Source of the DNA: Rickettsiales bacterium
GTDB lineage: Bacteria; Pseudomonadota; Alphaproteobacteria; Rickettsiales; RGZB01
Assembly (NCBI GenBank): GCA_044356525.1
Contig: JBIKVZ010000002.1
Coordinates: 524,349-588,348, forward strand
Reading direction: 5' to 3'
Length of the DNA: 64,000 nucleotides
Position 1 is the stretch's first letter; each line of letters starts with the position of its first letter. The notes under the pieces are model-generated. The model was not told the origin of the DNA, made no database searches, and worked only from the letters and a program-made list of their open reading frames with translations. Positions 61,714-64,000 of this stretch are shown here, in pieces. Both the position numbers and the translations under genes were made by a program.

Positions 61714-61812
61714 CTTACTGGCTATCTTCTTATCTTTGAAAATTTAATTTTCAAGGATCGGTTTCTGAGCTGAGAATATTTAGTTCATAAACTAGAAATT
61801 GAGGAGTAAGCC

Positions 61813-62796
61813 ATGTCTCTACTAGACGCCAAGCCGATATATAAACCTTTTTCATATCCCTGGGCGTACGAGGCATGGCTTACCCAACAAAAGATCCATT
61901 GGCTACCCGAAGAGGTCCCAATGGCAGACGATGTGAAAGACTGGAAAAAGAACATCACAGACTCTGAAAAGTATCTCCTGACACAGATTTTCCGATTCTT
62001 TACCCAAGCTGACATTGAAGTGAACAACTGCTACATGCGTCATTATTCGCGCGTGTTTAAGCCGACTGAAGTGCAGATGATGCTCTCGGCTTTCTCCAAC
62101 ATGGAGACGATTCACATCGCAGCATATTCACACCTTATTGATACACTCGGCATGCCTGAAGTGACATATCAGGAGTTCATGCTCTATAAGGAAATGAAAG
62201 ACAAATACGACTATATGCAGCAGTTCAACGTGAACAGCAAACGTGACATTGCCAAAACGCTGGCCGTGTTCGGTGCCTTCACGGAAGGACTGCAATTATT
62301 TGCCTCGTTTGCGATTCTGCTGAACTTCCAGCGCTTCGGAAAAATGAAGGGTATGGGTCAGGTAGTCACATGGTCTGCGCGCGATGAGTCGCTACACACC
62401 AACTCGATTATCAAGCTGTTTAAAACCTTCATCGGTGAAAACCCTGAAGTGTGGAACGATGAACTCAAGCGCGAGCTTTATATTGCCTGCGACACCATCG
62501 TGAACCACGAAGATGCATTCATCGACCTTGCTTTCAACATCAGCGGCTCCATTCAGGGCCTGACGTCGAAAGAAGTGAAGGAATATATCCGCTTTATCGG
62601 CGACCGCCGCCTGATGCAGCTCGACCTGCAGCCGATTTTCGGTATCACAAAGAACCCACTGCCCTGGCTGGATGAAATCCTGAACGGCGTGGAACACACG
62701 AACTTCTTTGAAAATCGTGTAACGGAATATACGAAAGCCGCTACAGAGGGTACGTGGGATGATGTATTTGCGGAAAGCTTTGGCCGCAAAGAATAA
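61813..62796 (+). CDS. nrdB: Ribonucleoside-diphosphate reductase class Ia beta subunit
   Basis: HWLPEEV, FFTQAD, METIHIAAYS (radical Tyr), TEGLQLFASF, RDESLH, NFFENRVTEY. Confidence 0.97.
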   Translation: MSLLDAKPIYKPFSYPWAYEAWLTQQKIHWLPEEVPMADDVKDWKKNITDSEKYLLTQIFRFFTQADIEVNNCYMRHYSRVFKPTEVQMMLSAFSNMETIHIAAYSHLIDTLGMPEVTYQEFMLYKEMKDKYDYMQQFNVNSKRDIAKTLAVFGAFTEGLQLFASFAILLNFQRFGKMKGMGQVVTWSARDESLHTNSIIKLFKTFIGENPEVWNDELKRELYIACDTIVNHEDAFIDLAFNISGSIQGLTSKEVKEYIRFIGDRRLMQLDLQPIFGITKNPLPWLDEILNGVEHTNFFENRVTEYTKAATEGTWDDVFAESFGRKE

Positions 62797-62814
62797 TTAG
62801 CCCCCTCGTCTCTA

Positions 62815-62849
62815 ATAAAAAAGCCCGCGTTTTACGCGGGCTTTTTTAT
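62815..62849. terminator. Bidirectional Rho-independent terminator
   Basis: ATAAAAAAGCCCGCGT-TTT-ACGCGGGCTTTTTTAT between convergent genes. Confidence 0.88.
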
Positions 62850-62856
62850 GCACGTA

Positions 62857-64000
62857 TTATTGAGCGGGCTGATAGTAATATGATGAAGTCGGCATTGGCT
62901 GACAAATACCTGCATAGCAAACTTCGCCGTTAGGCCCACAATTTGCGCCGTCGTTGATAGCGGCATATTTACAGGTTCCGCCTTCGCAATATCCACCCGT
63001 GCAATATGAGTATACCGGAGGCGCACTCGGATTGCAGTCTATATCTGACTGGCAACTTGGGTATGAGATACCTCCAGAACCACTGCCTGAAGAGGAGGAG
63101 GATGAACATTTACAGCTTTGGCCATCGGGCTGAAGGACACAGCTACCAGTTCCCGACGCACAACCACCTGTACAACTAAAGCCTTTACCTTGCGCGTACA
63201 CAGCTTTGCATGGTTCGCCACTGCAGCGGCACTGCGCATCTGCCGGTGCGCATTCGCCAGGCGCGCCGTGGCCTTGGTTATTAATATACTGGCAGCTTAG
63301 GCCACCCATTCCGTTCGGGTTGCAGTTGCCATCTACCCATGAGCCATCCACCATCATTTTGCCGCACTTCTCGCCTGGACCGCAGCAATCTTTATATGCA
63401 TCGGCTGTGGGATCATACGACAGCTCGCACTTCTGACCCTCCGGACAACCTGTGGTGCTGCACATCGTGGGGTTACCATTTGCGTCGCGCTCAGCCGCAT
63501 CACACAATTTATCTGCTACGCATGCACACTGCGCATCTGCCGGTGCGCATTCGCCAGGCGCGCCGTGGCCTTGGTTATTAATATACTGGCAGCTTAGGCC
63601 ACCCATTCCGTTCGGGTTGCAGTTGCCATCTACCCATGAGCCATCCACCATCGTTTTGCCGCACTTCTCGCCTGGACCGCAGCAATCTTTATATACATCG
63701 ACTGTGGGATCATACGACAGCGCACACTTCGTGCCCTGTGCGCAACCCGTGATGGTACACATCGTGGGGTTACCATTTGCGTCACGCTCAGTCGGTTCAC
63801 AAGGTTTGAGTGGCGCACGACAAGCGCACGTATTCTTCAATGGTTTCTGAGGACAAAGTTCACAGGCCACCGCATTAGCTCCTTGACGGCATGTGCCGGA
63901 CACGCACACCGCACCAGCCGGGCACTGCATACCATCACCGCAGCAAGGATTCGCCGCTGGTGCTGGTGCTGGTTCATCACCCTCTATAGGCGCGCACTCG
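62857..64000 (-). CDS. Cysteine-rich repeat protein, 5' end beyond the window
   Basis: Frame stays open from 63930 to the window edge (ECAPIEGDEPAPAPAANPCCGDG-MQC...); about 45 Cys in the last 357 aa. Confidence 0.8.
   Translation of the reverse strand, partial: ECAPIEGDEPAPAPAANPCCGDGMQCPAGAVCVSGTCRQGANAVACELCPQKPLKNTCACRAPLKPCEPTERDANGNPTMCTITGCAQGTKCALSYDPTVDVYKDCCGPGEKCGKTMVDGSWVDGNCNPNGMGGLSCQYINNQGHGAPGECAPADAQCACVADKLCDAAERDANGNPTMCSTTGCPEGQKCELSYDPTADAYKDCCGPGEKCGKMMVDGSWVDGNCNPNGMGGLSCQYINNQGHGAPGECAPADAQCRCSGEPCKAVYAQGKGFSCTGGCASGTGSCVLQPDGQSCKCSSSSSSGSGSGGISYPSCQSDIDCNPSAPPVYSYCTGGYCEGGTCKYAAINDGANCGPNGEVCYAGICQPMPTSSYYYQPAQ
63230..63791 (-). repeat. Two-copy 297-bp (99-aa) tandem repeat inside the Cys-rich gene
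   Basis: 63230-63494 aligns with 63527-63791; 63230-63355 is identical to 63527-63652. Confidence 0.95.

Noticed and set aside
61524-61812. Replication origin in the nrdA-nrdB spacer
   Set aside because: Only one DnaA box, a short spacer occupied by a small ORF, and no origin-associated genes nearby.
63230-63791. Near-identical repeat pair as a DGR template/variable repeat or a CRISPR
   Set aside because: Differences are not adenine-specific in one direction, both copies are in frame in one gene, no reverse transcriptase is visible, and there is no repeat-spacer periodicity.

Overview
64 kb of core chromosome from a flagellated, amino-acid-prototrophic alphaproteobacterium (ctrA beside fliI-fliJ, hdaA-perM-DUF2066-purMN, holC-pepA-lptFGD-surA-rsmA, ffs-dnaX-ybaB-recR, ftsK-lolA). 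Some traits (short catalytic-only GlnA-family protein, ATP-cone-less NrdA) recall Rickettsiales-related lineages, but that placement is inference. Most of the window is housekeeping: ilv, trp, aro, fol, pur, leu, ribosomal protein, Lpt and class Ia RNR genes, plus tRNA-Arg(ACG) and SRP RNA. I found no CRISPR array, transposase, integrase or rRNA. The most unusual items are: (1) a self-contained unit at 46712-47312 with a CtrA-like promoter, a structured and possibly switchable ~160-nt leader, a 99-aa orphan ORF of ~64% GC, and four back-to-back 3' hairpins; (2) a 38-aa, 20-lysine histone-H1-like peptide missing from the ORF track, lying between nrdA and nrdB behind a perfect DnaA box flanked by two AAACGTTT palindromes; (3) an orphan HEXXH zinc peptidase with a perfect CtrA box, next to fliJ-fliI; (4) a Cys-rich protein with a recent 297-bp internal duplication; (5) an AsmA-family protein with a ~200-aa polyproline N-terminus; (6) a candidate structured RNA upstream of the NrdR boxes of nrdA; (7) a possible tau/gamma slippage site in dnaX. 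All assignments come from reading motifs by eye; no database searches or folding programs were run.
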